Shown here one piece after another: positions 41,813-51,878 of a stretch of 64,000 nucleotides of DNA. The stretch covers positions 88 to 64,087 of the forward strand of contig NZUH01000017.1 of assembly GCA_002697255.1 (NCBI GenBank). Reading direction: 5' to 3'. The notes below the pieces were generated by a model. That model was not told the DNA's origin and searched no databases. It saw only the letters and a program-made list of their open reading frames with translations. The stretch is from Flavobacteriaceae bacterium (GTDB taxonomy: Bacteria; Bacteroidota; Bacteroidia; Flavobacteriales; Flavobacteriaceae). Position 1 is the stretch's first letter. The number at the start of each line of letters is the position of its first letter. The translations under genes were made by a program, and so were the position numbers.

Positions 41813-43909
41813 ATGAGAAATAATTTCATAGGCATATTAATCTTATTTTTTATTTTAATTTCATGTAATTCAGAAATCTTAATGAATAAAGAAAATAATT
41901 TAATAAATGAATCTAGCCCATACCTGTTACAACATGCAAAAAATCCTGTTAATTGGAATCCTTGGGACAAGAAATATTTAAACATTGCTGAAAAGCAAAA
42001 TAAATTGGTAATCATCAGTATTGGATATGCCTCTTGTCATTGGTGTCATGTAATGGAAAGGGAAAGCTTTCAAGATAGTACAGTTGCAAAATTGATGAAT
42101 GAAAAATTCATTTCATTAAAAGTTGATCGTGAAGAGAGACCTGATATTGATCAAGTCTATATGAATGCAATTCAGCTTATGACTGGAAGTGGAGGCTGGC
42201 CGCTAAATGTAATTGCTCTACCAGATGGAAGGCCAATTTGGGGAGGAACTTATTTTTCAAAAGAACAATGGCTATCGGCATTAAATCAAATCTCTGTGAT
42301 ATATGAAAAAGAGCCTGAAAAATTTATTTCATATGCTGACAAAGTACAGGAAGGTATAAATTCGTTAAATATAGTTGATCCCGTAATTGATGATTTTGAG
42401 TCCATTGACCTATTAAAATATTCAGAAAAATTAATTGACAGTATTGACTTGAAGTTTGGTGGGTTCAAGGGTGCTCCTAAATTTATGATGCCTAACAATC
42501 TAGATTTTCTTCTAAGATATAGCATTCAAGAAAACAATCAAAAAGCAAAAAATATTATTTTAGAATCACTAGATAAAATGGCATATGGTGGAATTTTTGA
42601 TCATATTGATGGTGGATTTTCAAGATATTCAACTGATGAAAAGTGGCACATACCTCATTTCGAAAAAATGCTTTATGATAATGGTCAGTTAATGAGTCTT
42701 TATTCAAAAGGTTTTAAAATTTCTAATAAAAAGCACTTTAAAAAAGTAGTTTATAAAATTCATGAATACATTAACACAGAAATGAAAGATATATCAGGTG
42801 GATTTTATTCTTCATTAGATGCAGATAGTAAAATTGATGAAAATAATTATGTGGAAGGGGCGTACTATTCATGGAGTTATTCAGAATTAAAAAATTTAAT
42901 AAGCGAGGATTTTGATCTTTTTTCAAAATATTACAATGTTAACGATTATGGGTACTGGAAAGAAGAAGATAAATATGTTTTAATTAATAATATTTCTGAC
43001 ACTGAGTTTATTTCTGAGCATAATTTAACAGAAGAAGTTTTTAATGATAAATTATCAAATTGGGTGTCTATACTTAAAGAGGCAAAAAAAAATAAAAAGA
43101 AACCAAGTTTAGACTATAAAATTGTAACATCCTGGAATGGATTAATGATTTCAGGGTATGTTGATGCTTATAAGGCTTTTAATGATAAAATATTTTTAAA
43201 CGAAGCAATTGAATCAGCTGAGTTTGTCTATAATAGTTTAACCAAAAATGATGGGGGATTATTTCATAATTATGTTAATGGTAAAAGTAAAGTTAACGGG
43301 TACCTAGAAGATTATGCAACAATTATTCAAGCTAGCCTTGATTTATACGAAATTACATTAAATCAGAAATGGATTGAAAGAGCTTTGAAGCTTTCTGAAT
43401 ATGTAATTAAAAATTTCTCAAATGATGAATCAGCTTTATTTTATTTCACGTCAAAAAAAGACGAAGAGTTAATTACCAGAACAATTGAATTTAGAGATAA
43501 TGTTATCCCTTCTAGTAATTCAATAATGGCAAAAAATCTTTTTAAATTATATCATTATTTTGATAAAGAAGAGTACTATGATTTATCAAAGAAAATGGCA
43601 TTGAGTGTTGCCAGTGAATTTGATGTATATCCTAGTGGTTATTCAAATTGGTTTGATTTAATTTATAATTTAAAATCAAAGTTTTATGAAGTAGCAATAG
43701 TAGGGAAAAATGCAATTGAAAAAGCAAAAGAACTTAACAAAAAATATCTTCCCAATAAATTGGTTATTGGATCCTCTACCAGTAATGATCTTCCTTTATT
43801 ACAAAACCGATTTATAAACGGTAAAACACTTATCTATGTATGTGTAAACAAAGCGTGTAAAATGCCTACAGAAAACTTAGATGAATCAATTAGTATGATT
43901 AACTTTTAA
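41813..43909 (+). CDS. thioredoxin-domain protein (DUF255 / YyaL-like)
   Basis: 698-aa ORF with SPYLLQHA.NPV.W.PW, GY..CHWCHVME.ESF and GGWPLNV, followed by a long alpha/alpha-toroid-like C-terminal part. Confidence 0.8.
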   Translation: MRNNFIGILILFFILISCNSEILMNKENNLINESSPYLLQHAKNPVNWNPWDKKYLNIAEKQNKLVIISIGYASCHWCHVMERESFQDSTVAKLMNEKFISLKVDREERPDIDQVYMNAIQLMTGSGGWPLNVIALPDGRPIWGGTYFSKEQWLSALNQISVIYEKEPEKFISYADKVQEGINSLNIVDPVIDDFESIDLLKYSEKLIDSIDLKFGGFKGAPKFMMPNNLDFLLRYSIQENNQKAKNIILESLDKMAYGGIFDHIDGGFSRYSTDEKWHIPHFEKMLYDNGQLMSLYSKGFKISNKKHFKKVVYKIHEYINTEMKDISGGFYSSLDADSKIDENNYVEGAYYSWSYSELKNLISEDFDLFSKYYNVNDYGYWKEEDKYVLINNISDTEFISEHNLTEEVFNDKLSNWVSILKEAKKNKKKPSLDYKIVTSWNGLMISGYVDAYKAFNDKIFLNEAIESAEFVYNSLTKNDGGLFHNYVNGKSKVNGYLEDYATIIQASLDLYEITLNQKWIERALKLSEYVIKNFSNDESALFYFTSKKDEELITRTIEFRDNVIPSSNSIMAKNLFKLYHYFDKEEYYDLSKKMALSVASEFDVYPSGYSNWFDLIYNLKSKFYEVAIVGKNAIEKAKELNKKYLPNKLVIGSSTSNDLPLLQNRFINGKTLIYVCVNKACKMPTENLDESISMINF

Positions 43910-44582
43910 TTTTTTTTCCACCAAATTCTTTTAAATATTTTGGTTGAAATTCTGAAATATCTACAAAATCTTTTTTTATAAATTTTAAATGCGAAAGTAT
44001 CCCCATCTCCTTTGCTGACGGAAGAGAAAATTCTGAAAATATTGCATTTTTATGATCGATAAAATTCATTATTTTTTCATTAGAATTTCCAATAAAATTT
44101 ACAGTTGAAGATTTCAAAAATTGATGAAATGAATTAGAATTTAAAATCAAAGAATCTGTTTCTACAATTCTTTTAGGAAGCTTATTGTTATTATACTCAA
44201 AGATTGAGTAATAAATTTCATCTCTTCTGGCATCCATTGCTGAAACAATATACCCCTTTGAGCATTCGATTTTTCTTGCTAAGATATACATAGTATCTAT
44301 TGCTATTAAAGGAATATCTAAAGCAAAACAAATCCCCTTTGCAGCAGAAACACCTATTCTTAATCCTGTGTAAGACCCCGGGCCTTCAGAAATAGAAACA
44401 GCGGTTAAATCGCCTAATGAAATTTCTATCTTTTTGAATAATTTATCAATGAAAACATGTAAAGATTTTGAATGTGAATATTGTTCAAAATTTTGTTCTA
44501 CAAAATCAATTAGCCTTCCTTCTTCTGAAACGGAAACCGAACAATTAGTACTTGATGTTTCAATGTTTAATATAATAGGCAC
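43899..44582 (-). CDS. tsaB: tRNA t6A37 biosynthesis protein TsaB
   Basis: 227-aa ORF with ILNIETSS...SV and GPGSYTGLRIG motifs. Confidence 0.85.
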   Translation of the reverse strand: MPIILNIETSSTNCSVSVSEEGRLIDFVEQNFEQYSHSKSLHVFIDKLFKKIEISLGDLTAVSISEGPGSYTGLRIGVSAAKGICFALDIPLIAIDTMYILARKIECSKGYIVSAMDARRDEIYYSIFEYNNNKLPKRIVETDSLILNSNSFHQFLKSSTVNFIGNSNEKIMNFIDHKNAIFSEFSLPSAKEMGILSHLKFIKKDFVDISEFQPKYLKEFGGKKIKS

Positions 44583-44590
44583 AACCTTTA

Positions 44591-45898
44591 TTATTTATCC
44601 AAATAGTAATCTAAAACCTTGGTCTTAAAAATAAAATCGTATTTAGCGTTAATCAGTGAAGATTTAGCATTTAGTAATCTAATTCTAGCCTGTTCTAAAT
44701 CAAAAGTATTTAATGCACCTAAACTAAATCTTTCATTTGCATTTTCAAAAGCTAACTCCTGAGATTCTAAAGATAAAAGAGATGCTTCATATGTTCTTAA
44801 TGCTGCTCTTGCATCAGTGAATGCCCTTTGGATTGTTGATTCAAGATTTAATTTAACCTGATCTAATATTAGATTTGTTGTTTTTTCTTGAATCCTAGAC
44901 TTTTCAACCTGGGTCCTAGTCTGATTTCTGTTAAATATAGGTATTGAAATATTCATATTAAGCGAGTGCCCTTTATTATCATTTATCTGATTAATAAAAT
45001 TATCGTCCTGAGATAGATTAGAAAAATTTGCTGAAGCATTGAAGCCATATCCCATGGATATATTTGGTAAATATGCACTTTTAGAAATTTTAGTTCCTAA
45101 TTTGGCTAATTCTACATCTCTTTCTGCAACTTTAATTTCATTTCTATTTGTTAATGCATAATCTAGTATAGTATTAATATCATTGTATAATAAATTAGCT
45201 GAGGGTGTATCTATTTTAATAACCTGAATATCAAAATTATCAGATTTCAATTGTAATAATTGAGCTAGATTTAACAAGGATAAATCATGATTATTTTCTG
45301 CTAAAGTTAAATTTTGAATATCTCTGCTGTATGTCGCTTTTGATTCAATAAGAGTAGATAATGGTTCGGTACCTGCTTCAACTAATTCGCTCACTTGCTT
45401 CATTTGAAATAAAGAAAAATCTACTTGAGATTTAGCCAATTCTAAATTTTCTTTGTTAAATAATACATTTAAATAAGCATTGGCTACATTTAAAGATATA
45501 TCATCTTTTAATCTTTTAAGTTCAAGCTGATTTCTTTCAAAATTAATTTTACTTTGATTTAATAAATTAATGTTTCTAAATCCATTAAATACGTTTTGAG
45601 AAAAACCGATTCCTAGTGAAGTTGAATAAAATTCTCTGTCAACAAACTCACCAGCATATAATTCAATATTTCCAAAACTACCACTACCACTAATATTAGA
45701 ATTAACAGCAGGTAAAAAATTGCCCTTGGCGCTAATAATATCTTGTTCTGATGATAATAAGCTGTTTTTTGCTTGTAAAATTGTAATATTATTTTCTACA
45801 GCATATTTCACACATTCTTCTAGTGACCAAATATTATTTTGACCAAATGAATAATTTATCATCAAAAAAGCAATTGTAAATATTTTAATTTTCTTCAT
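44591..45898 (-). CDS. TolC-family outer membrane efflux protein
   Basis: 435-aa ORF with a signal peptide and two OEP repeats (LSLEECV..A..NN....A). It is the last gene of the efflux operon. Confidence 0.85.
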   Translation of the reverse strand: MKKIKIFTIAFLMINYSFGQNNIWSLEECVKYAVENNITILQAKNSLLSSEQDIISAKGNFLPAVNSNISGSGSFGNIELYAGEFVDREFYSTSLGIGFSQNVFNGFRNINLLNQSKINFERNQLELKRLKDDISLNVANAYLNVLFNKENLELAKSQVDFSLFQMKQVSELVEAGTEPLSTLIESKATYSRDIQNLTLAENNHDLSLLNLAQLLQLKSDNFDIQVIKIDTPSANLLYNDINTILDYALTNRNEIKVAERDVELAKLGTKISKSAYLPNISMGYGFNASANFSNLSQDDNFINQINDNKGHSLNMNISIPIFNRNQTRTQVEKSRIQEKTTNLILDQVKLNLESTIQRAFTDARAALRTYEASLLSLESQELAFENANERFSLGALNTFDLEQARIRLLNAKSSLINAKYDFIFKTKVLDYYLDK

Positions 45899-45914
45899 AA
45901 TTATTAAATATAAT

Positions 45915-47066
45915 TTAATCTTCTAATTCTCTAGAATTCTCATCTTGACGATCTCTAACTTCATCTTGATCTTCATCTTCAATAGAATTCCAAACTTTTA
46001 TTTTATCACCCTCACTAACTCCTTTTAATATTTCAACATTAATTCCATCAGAAATTCCAACTTCAACTTCTTTTGTGAAAAATGAACCATCATCATTTAA
46101 AATCTCTACAAAGGGTTTATCAGTAATTCTGTTAAATTGAAGTAATGACTCATTTATGCATAAAATATTTTCCTTTTGACCAATTGACATGATGGCATTT
46201 GCACTATATCCGGCTCTTACGTTAACACTTTCAGGAATATTTACATCGGCTTTAATTTTAAACTGAACTGCACCTCCTAATTCAATACCTTTGGGGGCAA
46301 CAAAAGTTAACTTTGCCTCAAACTCATCTTTTTCAAGTGCTCCTAAAATTACTTTAATTTCAGATCCTTCTGAAAGCTTAGAAACCTCAGTTTCATCAAC
46401 CTGACCTTCAAAAATCATTTTGGTCATATCAGCTACAGTAGCTATAGTTAATCCGGCATTAAAATTATTACTTTCAATTACCTGATCTCCTTCTCTTACA
46501 GGAATTTCTAATATTGTTCCAGAAATCTGTGCTAAAACATTAGTATTAGCACCTCTTCCTCCTGTCAAAGTACCTCTTTTAATAATTTTAAAATCATTTT
46601 CAGCTTGTTTTAAAGATTCATTTGCCTGATCCATTGATAACTTACTGTTTTCAAAATCTTGTTTAGAAATAACTCCTTTTTTAAAAAGTTTTATATTTCT
46701 ATTATGAATAGTTTTAGAATTATTATATACTAATTTAGCTGAATTAATTCTGCTTTTAGCGTTTAATAATGATTGTTCATTGGGAACTACTCTAATATTT
46801 GCTATTAAGTCTCCTTTGACAACAATATCTCCTTCCTCGACAAAAATTTTATCAATAATTCCACTAACCTGAGGCTTAAGTTGAATTTCATCTTCAGGAT
46901 TTAATTTTCCTGTAGCTACAACCTCTTTTTCTATCGAAGTATAAAAAGGCTGCTCTGTTTTATAATCGATTATCGAAGCTGAATTTGCGTTTTTAAAATA
47001 ATTTAAAACGTATAGTAATGATCCTATTACTAGAATTAAAACTATATACTTAATTTGTTTTCTCAT
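45915..47066 (-). CDS. efflux periplasmic adaptor (HlyD/MacA-type membrane fusion protein)
   Basis: 383-aa ORF with an N-terminal anchor, lipoyl-like and hairpin segments (VSGIIDKIFVEEGD.V.KGD.IA). Confidence 0.85.
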   Translation of the reverse strand: MRKQIKYIVLILVIGSLLYVLNYFKNANSASIIDYKTEQPFYTSIEKEVVATGKLNPEDEIQLKPQVSGIIDKIFVEEGDIVVKGDLIANIRVVPNEQSLLNAKSRINSAKLVYNNSKTIHNRNIKLFKKGVISKQDFENSKLSMDQANESLKQAENDFKIIKRGTLTGGRGANTNVLAQISGTILEIPVREGDQVIESNNFNAGLTIATVADMTKMIFEGQVDETEVSKLSEGSEIKVILGALEKDEFEAKLTFVAPKGIELGGAVQFKIKADVNIPESVNVRAGYSANAIMSIGQKENILCINESLLQFNRITDKPFVEILNDDGSFFTKEVEVGISDGINVEILKGVSEGDKIKVWNSIEDEDQDEVRDRQDENSRELED

Positions 47067-47086
47067 TTATCTAATATTTAATTTAT

Positions 47087-48325
47087 TTATTCTTCTCTTA
47101 AAGCATCAATTGGTTTAATGCTTGTTGCTCTATTTGCAGGGATTAACCCAATTAAAGTCCCAAAGACAACTAATATTATTACTGAAATAAATACAACAGC
47201 TATAGGAACCGATGCATTTATTAAAACTGAATCGGGACCACTACCAAACGCAGTATCCATAGCTATCAATATCCAGCCTCCACTTATAATTCCAAAAATT
47301 CCAGCGATTATAGTCAGAAAAATTGATTCTAATACTATTTGTCTTTTTATTTCAAAAGGAGTTGCTCCTATAGCCCTTCTGATTCCTATTTCCTTAGTTC
47401 TCTCTTTAACAGTTATTAATAATATGTTTCCTATTGCAAACACCCCAGCAATTAAAGTAGCGATACCCACAAACCAGGTTAAAAATTGCATGCCCATTAA
47501 AAAACCTTCGAATCTTTCAAATAATTCACCAAGATTAAAACTTCCAAAAGCACGATTATCATCAGGGTGAACATAATTTAAATTCTTTAATACCAACTTT
47601 ACATCATTCTCTATTTGTCTAATATCATATCCGTCTTCTCCGGTAACAGTAATCCATCCGATATTATCACCTTGATTATAAACATTTTGAAAAGTTGTAA
47701 AAGGTATATGTAGCTCTCCACCAAAATCAAAGTCACCTTGCTTAAAAACACCTATGACTTTATAGCTAATTTCATTAATTTTAATAAACTCTCCAATTGC
47801 TTTTTCATCTATATCAAAGAGTTGTTTATAGACATCATCTGAAATTACAGCTACTTTTTTATTACCATCAACATCTAATTGATTAATAAACCTACCGCTT
47901 ATTAAATTCTTTTTTTGAATTTGATCTAACAAAGGAAAATCTCCTGAAAGACCAAAATTATCATACTGAACTCCTCTTACAACCTGAACATCACGAGCAT
48001 TTCTAGGTAAAAGAAACTTAACACCATTAACTTGATTTTTAATTTTTTCTAAATGTGAAAATTTAAGTCTTGGTCTACGGCCTTCTTGATATCCTTTAAA
48101 GGCCTTACTAGTTGATTGCCCCCATATGAAAACACTATTAGTTGCATAATCTCCAAACTGAACACTAAACTTGTTTTCAATTCCTTTTGCTGAACCTAAA
48201 AGACCTATTAATAATAAAATACCCCACCATACACCAATCATTGTGATAACAGTTCTTAGCTTATTTTTTGTTAAGCTTTCCCTCAATTCTTGCCAAGTAT
48301 CTTTATCAATTAAAAATTTAAACAT
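47087..48325 (-). CDS. ABC transporter permease (MacB/FtsX type)
   Basis: 412-aa ORF with a MacB_PCD-like periplasmic domain between TM1 and TM2, and the FtsX motif KEIGIRRAIGA. Confidence 0.85.
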   Translation of the reverse strand: MFKFLIDKDTWQELRESLTKNKLRTVITMIGVWWGILLLIGLLGSAKGIENKFSVQFGDYATNSVFIWGQSTSKAFKGYQEGRRPRLKFSHLEKIKNQVNGVKFLLPRNARDVQVVRGVQYDNFGLSGDFPLLDQIQKKNLISGRFINQLDVDGNKKVAVISDDVYKQLFDIDEKAIGEFIKINEISYKVIGVFKQGDFDFGGELHIPFTTFQNVYNQGDNIGWITVTGEDGYDIRQIENDVKLVLKNLNYVHPDDNRAFGSFNLGELFERFEGFLMGMQFLTWFVGIATLIAGVFAIGNILLITVKERTKEIGIRRAIGATPFEIKRQIVLESIFLTIIAGIFGIISGGWILIAMDTAFGSGPDSVLINASVPIAVVFISVIILVVFGTLIGLIPANRATSIKPIDALREE

Positions 48326-48326
48326 G

Positions 48327-49559
48327 TTATTCGTCTCTTAATGCTACAATGGGTTTAATACTTGCTGCTCTTTTTGCAGGAATATAACCTGCAAGGGTTC
48401 CGGCTATAACCAATGTAATTGTTGCTGCTACAACCAGGGACTTACTTACACCAGGGTCTGTTATCCAATATTCCTCTAAATTAAAACTATTTAATACTGC
48501 CCCTCCTATAAGTAATCCAATATATCCGGCAATAGCGGTAATAAAAACAGATTCTAAAATTATAATTAAAATAATCGAGTTTGGTGGTGCACCAAGGGCT
48601 TTTCTAATCCCAATTTCTTTTGTTCTTTCCTTTACAATGAAAATCATAATATTACTTATCCCTACTATCCCTGCTACTAAAGTACCCATACCAATAATTA
48701 AAACTAGTATTGCCAAAACTCCATTAAATTGGTTTATTTCTTGATTCTCTCTAGCTCTATTTCTAGCTCTAACAGCTGATTGATCGTTTTTTGAAACGAA
48801 GAAAATATCTTTTATTTTATCAACTATCTTATTTCCAAAAGCAATTGCCTCATTCTCAGATAATGCGGGGTTATATGTTAAGTTTATTTGATCTATGAAA
48901 TCATTATTACCATATATCTTTTGAGCTGTGGAAATTGGCATATATATTATTCTTGCCTCATTACTGTCTGATCCTTCTGTTCTTTCAACAAAAACTCCAA
49001 CTATTTTAAATTTTATTTTATTTAAATCTAAATACTTACCAATTGGATCAATATCTCCAAATAAATCCTCTACAACCAGATTACCAATTACGATATTTTT
49101 GGTATTATTTTGTAAATCAAGAGGATTTATAAACCTACCACTAAACATTTCTGATTTCTCTATAAATTGATGATCGGGGTTTACAGCTCTAACGGAATAA
49201 TTACTTTTTTCTGTACCAAAACTAGCAGTCACATTTTTATAAACTCGGCCTGTAATAAATTCAATATCATCGTTAAATTCTTCTTTTAATGTATTATATA
49301 ATTTATTATCAAATTGAATTTTTCTACCAGTCTGATAGCCTTCAACAGCTTTGGATGTACGACCGGAATTAATAAATATAGAATTATTTGCATCTCCAGC
49401 AAATTCGTTATTAAAAGTATTTTGAAAACCGTTAGCTATTCCAAATAAAATTGTAAATAACATTATAGCAAATGCAACGGTAAATCCTGACAAAAGAGTT
49501 CTAAGTTTATTTTTATTTAAACTCTGAAATATTTCTCTAAATAAGCCAAGATCAATCAT
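48327..49559 (-). CDS. ABC transporter permease (MacB/FtsX type, paralogue)
   Basis: 410-aa ORF with the same architecture and the motif KEIGIRKALGA. Confidence 0.85.
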   Translation of the reverse strand: MIDLGLFREIFQSLNKNKLRTLLSGFTVAFAIMLFTILFGIANGFQNTFNNEFAGDANNSIFINSGRTSKAVEGYQTGRKIQFDNKLYNTLKEEFNDDIEFITGRVYKNVTASFGTEKSNYSVRAVNPDHQFIEKSEMFSGRFINPLDLQNNTKNIVIGNLVVEDLFGDIDPIGKYLDLNKIKFKIVGVFVERTEGSDSNEARIIYMPISTAQKIYGNNDFIDQINLTYNPALSENEAIAFGNKIVDKIKDIFFVSKNDQSAVRARNRARENQEINQFNGVLAILVLIIGMGTLVAGIVGISNIMIFIVKERTKEIGIRKALGAPPNSIILIIILESVFITAIAGYIGLLIGGAVLNSFNLEEYWITDPGVSKSLVVAATITLVIAGTLAGYIPAKRAASIKPIVALRDE

Positions 49560-50251
49560 TATAATAATATGTTTTGTTTAATTTTTTTATCTTCCATAAT
49601 AACACCGTCTTTCAATCTAACTATTCTTTTACACATCAAAGAAATATCTTCCTCGTGTGTAACAATTAAAATAGTTTTTCCCTCATTATTTAATTGCTGA
49701 AGAAATTGCATAATTTCATGAGATGTGGCTGAATCTAATGCACCTGTTGGCTCATCTGCAAGTAATAATTTTGGCTCAGAAGCTAATGCTCTTGCAATGG
49801 CTACTCTTTGTTTTTGCCCACCTGATAATTCATTAGGTAGATGTAATGACCAGTCTTTTAGACCAACTTTATCTAAATGAAACATTGCTTTTTCTTGTCT
49901 TTCTCTTCTTTTTAGGCCTTGATAATATAATGGAAGAGCTACATTTTCTAATGCATTTTTAAAATTTATCAAATTAAATGATTGGAATACGAAACCTAAA
50001 AATTTATTTCTGTATTGCGCAGCTTTTTTTTCATTCAAATCCTTAATTTCTATTCCATCTAAAATATACTCCCCAGAATCTAACTCGTCTAAAATACCAA
50101 TAATGTTAAGAAGGGTTGATTTACCTGACCCTGAAGATCCCATGATCGCTACCATTTCACCTTTGTCCACATGAAGATCAATTCCCTTTAGAACATGAAG
50201 ACTTGATTCCCCCATTTTATAGGACTTATGAAGATTATTTATTTTTAACAT
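49559..50251 (-). CDS. ABC transporter ATP-binding protein (MacB/LolD-like)
   Basis: 230-aa ORF with Walker A GSSGSGKST, signature LSGGQKQRVAIARAL and Walker B LLLADEPTGALD. Confidence 0.9.
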   Translation of the reverse strand: MLKINNLHKSYKMGESSLHVLKGIDLHVDKGEMVAIMGSSGSGKSTLLNIIGILDELDSGEYILDGIEIKDLNEKKAAQYRNKFLGFVFQSFNLINFKNALENVALPLYYQGLKRRERQEKAMFHLDKVGLKDWSLHLPNELSGGQKQRVAIARALASEPKLLLADEPTGALDSATSHEIMQFLQQLNNEGKTILIVTHEEDISLMCKRIVRLKDGVIMEDKKIKQNILL

Positions 50252-50330
50252 TTAATCAATTTATTTAATATTTAAAGTTCATAAAAAAGCTTTTAAAATC
50301 TGTTAATTAGTTGTTAAAAGGATTAGATAA

Positions 50331-50540
50331 CTATTTTTTAAATTTTTTGTAAACAAAAAAAATCATAAAAAATACAACTAAATAAGGCAAAAAGGCAAGA
50401 TACATAATTCCGTTATTAATACCTTCTGCCATACTATCGTTTTCACTGCTTTCTAAAACAGCCCTACACATTGCACACTGAGAATAGCCGAAGTAAGAAA
50501 ATAAAATAAAAAAAAGAGTAATAAATTTATTGTTTTTCAT
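50331..50540 (-). CDS. small membrane protein with a CxxC motif (function unknown)
   Basis: 69-aa ORF with an N-terminal hydrophobic/signal segment ending YSQ, then CAMC and a C-terminal TM helix. It starts 2 nt after the DUF420 gene stop, on the same strand. Confidence 0.5.
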   Translation of the reverse strand: MKNNKFITLFFILFSYFGYSQCAMCRAVLESSENDSMAEGINNGIMYLAFLPYLVVFFMIFFVYKKFKK

Positions 50541-50542
50541 AT

Positions 50543-51145
50543 CTAAATATAATAAGGAGATATCATTAAATAAACAATAACTCCAGTGACAGCTACATAT
50601 AACCAGATTGGAAAAGTTATTTTAGCAATTTTTTTATGTCTTTCAAAATCATTAGTAACAGCTCTTGAGTATGTAACTAAAACAAAAGGGATAACTGTGA
50701 TTGACAATAATATATGAGAAATTAAAATAAAATAATATATATACTTTACCATACCCTCACCTTCAAATTTTGTTGGGTCACTTGTAATATGATAAGCTAT
50801 GTACATAACCAGGAAACAAAGAGAAAGACCAATGCAAACCTTAATTAAATTTTCATGAATAATTCTTTTTCCTTGCTTAATAAAATAAACAGCCATAACT
50901 AAAATAACTGCTGTAATTCCATTGATGGTGGCATAAATTGGAGGTAAAAATTTAAGAGGTTTTGCTACTGGTAAATTATCCATCAAAATAATGGGTTCAA
51001 AATTTGGTGATCTTAAATCAAATATCAACATATCAGCATCCCACTTTAAAAAAAGTAAAAGTGCTACTACTATAGGAACGAAGACTGAAATTATTACAGT
51101 AAGCCTATTATACAATTTTATATTAGCTGAATTCATTTTATTCAT
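50543..51145 (-). CDS. DUF420-family membrane protein (cytochrome oxidase-associated)
   Basis: 200-aa polytopic ORF. It overlaps the SCO gene by 8 nt, in the position typical of flavobacterial cox clusters. Confidence 0.65.
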   Translation of the reverse strand: MNKMNSANIKLYNRLTVIISVFVPIVVALLLFLKWDADMLIFDLRSPNFEPIILMDNLPVAKPLKFLPPIYATINGITAVILVMAVYFIKQGKRIIHENLIKVCIGLSLCFLVMYIAYHITSDPTKFEGEGMVKYIYYFILISHILLSITVIPFVLVTYSRAVTNDFERHKKIAKITFPIWLYVAVTGVIVYLMISPYYI

Positions 51146-51878
51146 TTAATAATTTTAACAGGTCTTCTTTTAACAATGTTATTTCTTCCGCTTCACCATT
51201 ATTGTCTAATTTTTCATTAAAATCAACAGACCCTTTATAATATATTTTTGGATTACCAAATTGGTCAACTCTGGATCTAATGTATCCCTCTTTGTCTATT
51301 ATAGCAAAATAACCTGAATGTTCAAAACCATCAACAAAATCAGAACTTGCTGCAGTATAAAGATTAAAACCATCATTTGCAAGTTTGTATATTTCATTTC
51401 TTTCACCAGTCATAAGGTTCCAGTTGGAATTTGTAATGCCATTATCTTGAGCATATAATCGTAAAACTTCAGATGTGTCATATTCTGGATTAATCGAAAA
51501 AGATGCAATTCCAAAGTCAGGAAAAGCTGTAAAACTGTTTTGAATATGTACAAGATTAGTATTCATAATTGGACAGATAGTTGTGCAGGTTGTAAAAAAA
51601 AACTCAACAATGTATACTTTGCCGAGATAATCTTTATTCGACACCAGTTCTTCATTTTGATTTATAAATTTAAAATCTGGAACTTTTTTTCTTTCCTTAT
51701 TTACCAATAAATAAGGAACAGGTTCAATATTTTTTTCAAAATTGTCAAATTTTAGACTCCTACTTTCACTTCTGGATACATCATCATTTTTAACTCGATC
51801 AATTATTCTTGGAACAAAAACTAAACCAAAGGCTAATATCAGTATAATAATTATAATATTTTTTTTGCTATTCATCAT
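51138..51878 (-). CDS. SCO1/SenC-family copper chaperone
   Basis: 246-aa ORF with an N-terminal anchor and a thioredoxin-fold CxxxC motif (FFFTTCTTICP) plus a downstream His (EHSGYF). Confidence 0.8.
   Translation of the reverse strand: MMNSKKNIIIIILILAFGLVFVPRIIDRVKNDDVSRSESRSLKFDNFEKNIEPVPYLLVNKERKKVPDFKFINQNEELVSNKDYLGKVYIVEFFFTTCTTICPIMNTNLVHIQNSFTAFPDFGIASFSINPEYDTSEVLRLYAQDNGITNSNWNLMTGERNEIYKLANDGFNLYTAASSDFVDGFEHSGYFAIIDKEGYIRSRVDQFGNPKIYYKGSVDFNEKLDNNGEAEEITLLKEDLLKLLNE

Noticed and set aside
41731-42015. 94-aa minus-strand ORF spanning the NifU/DUF255 gene junction
   Set aside because: It overlaps the ends of two well-supported plus-strand genes and has no signal or motif. Its composition reflects the antisense of AT-rich coding sequence.
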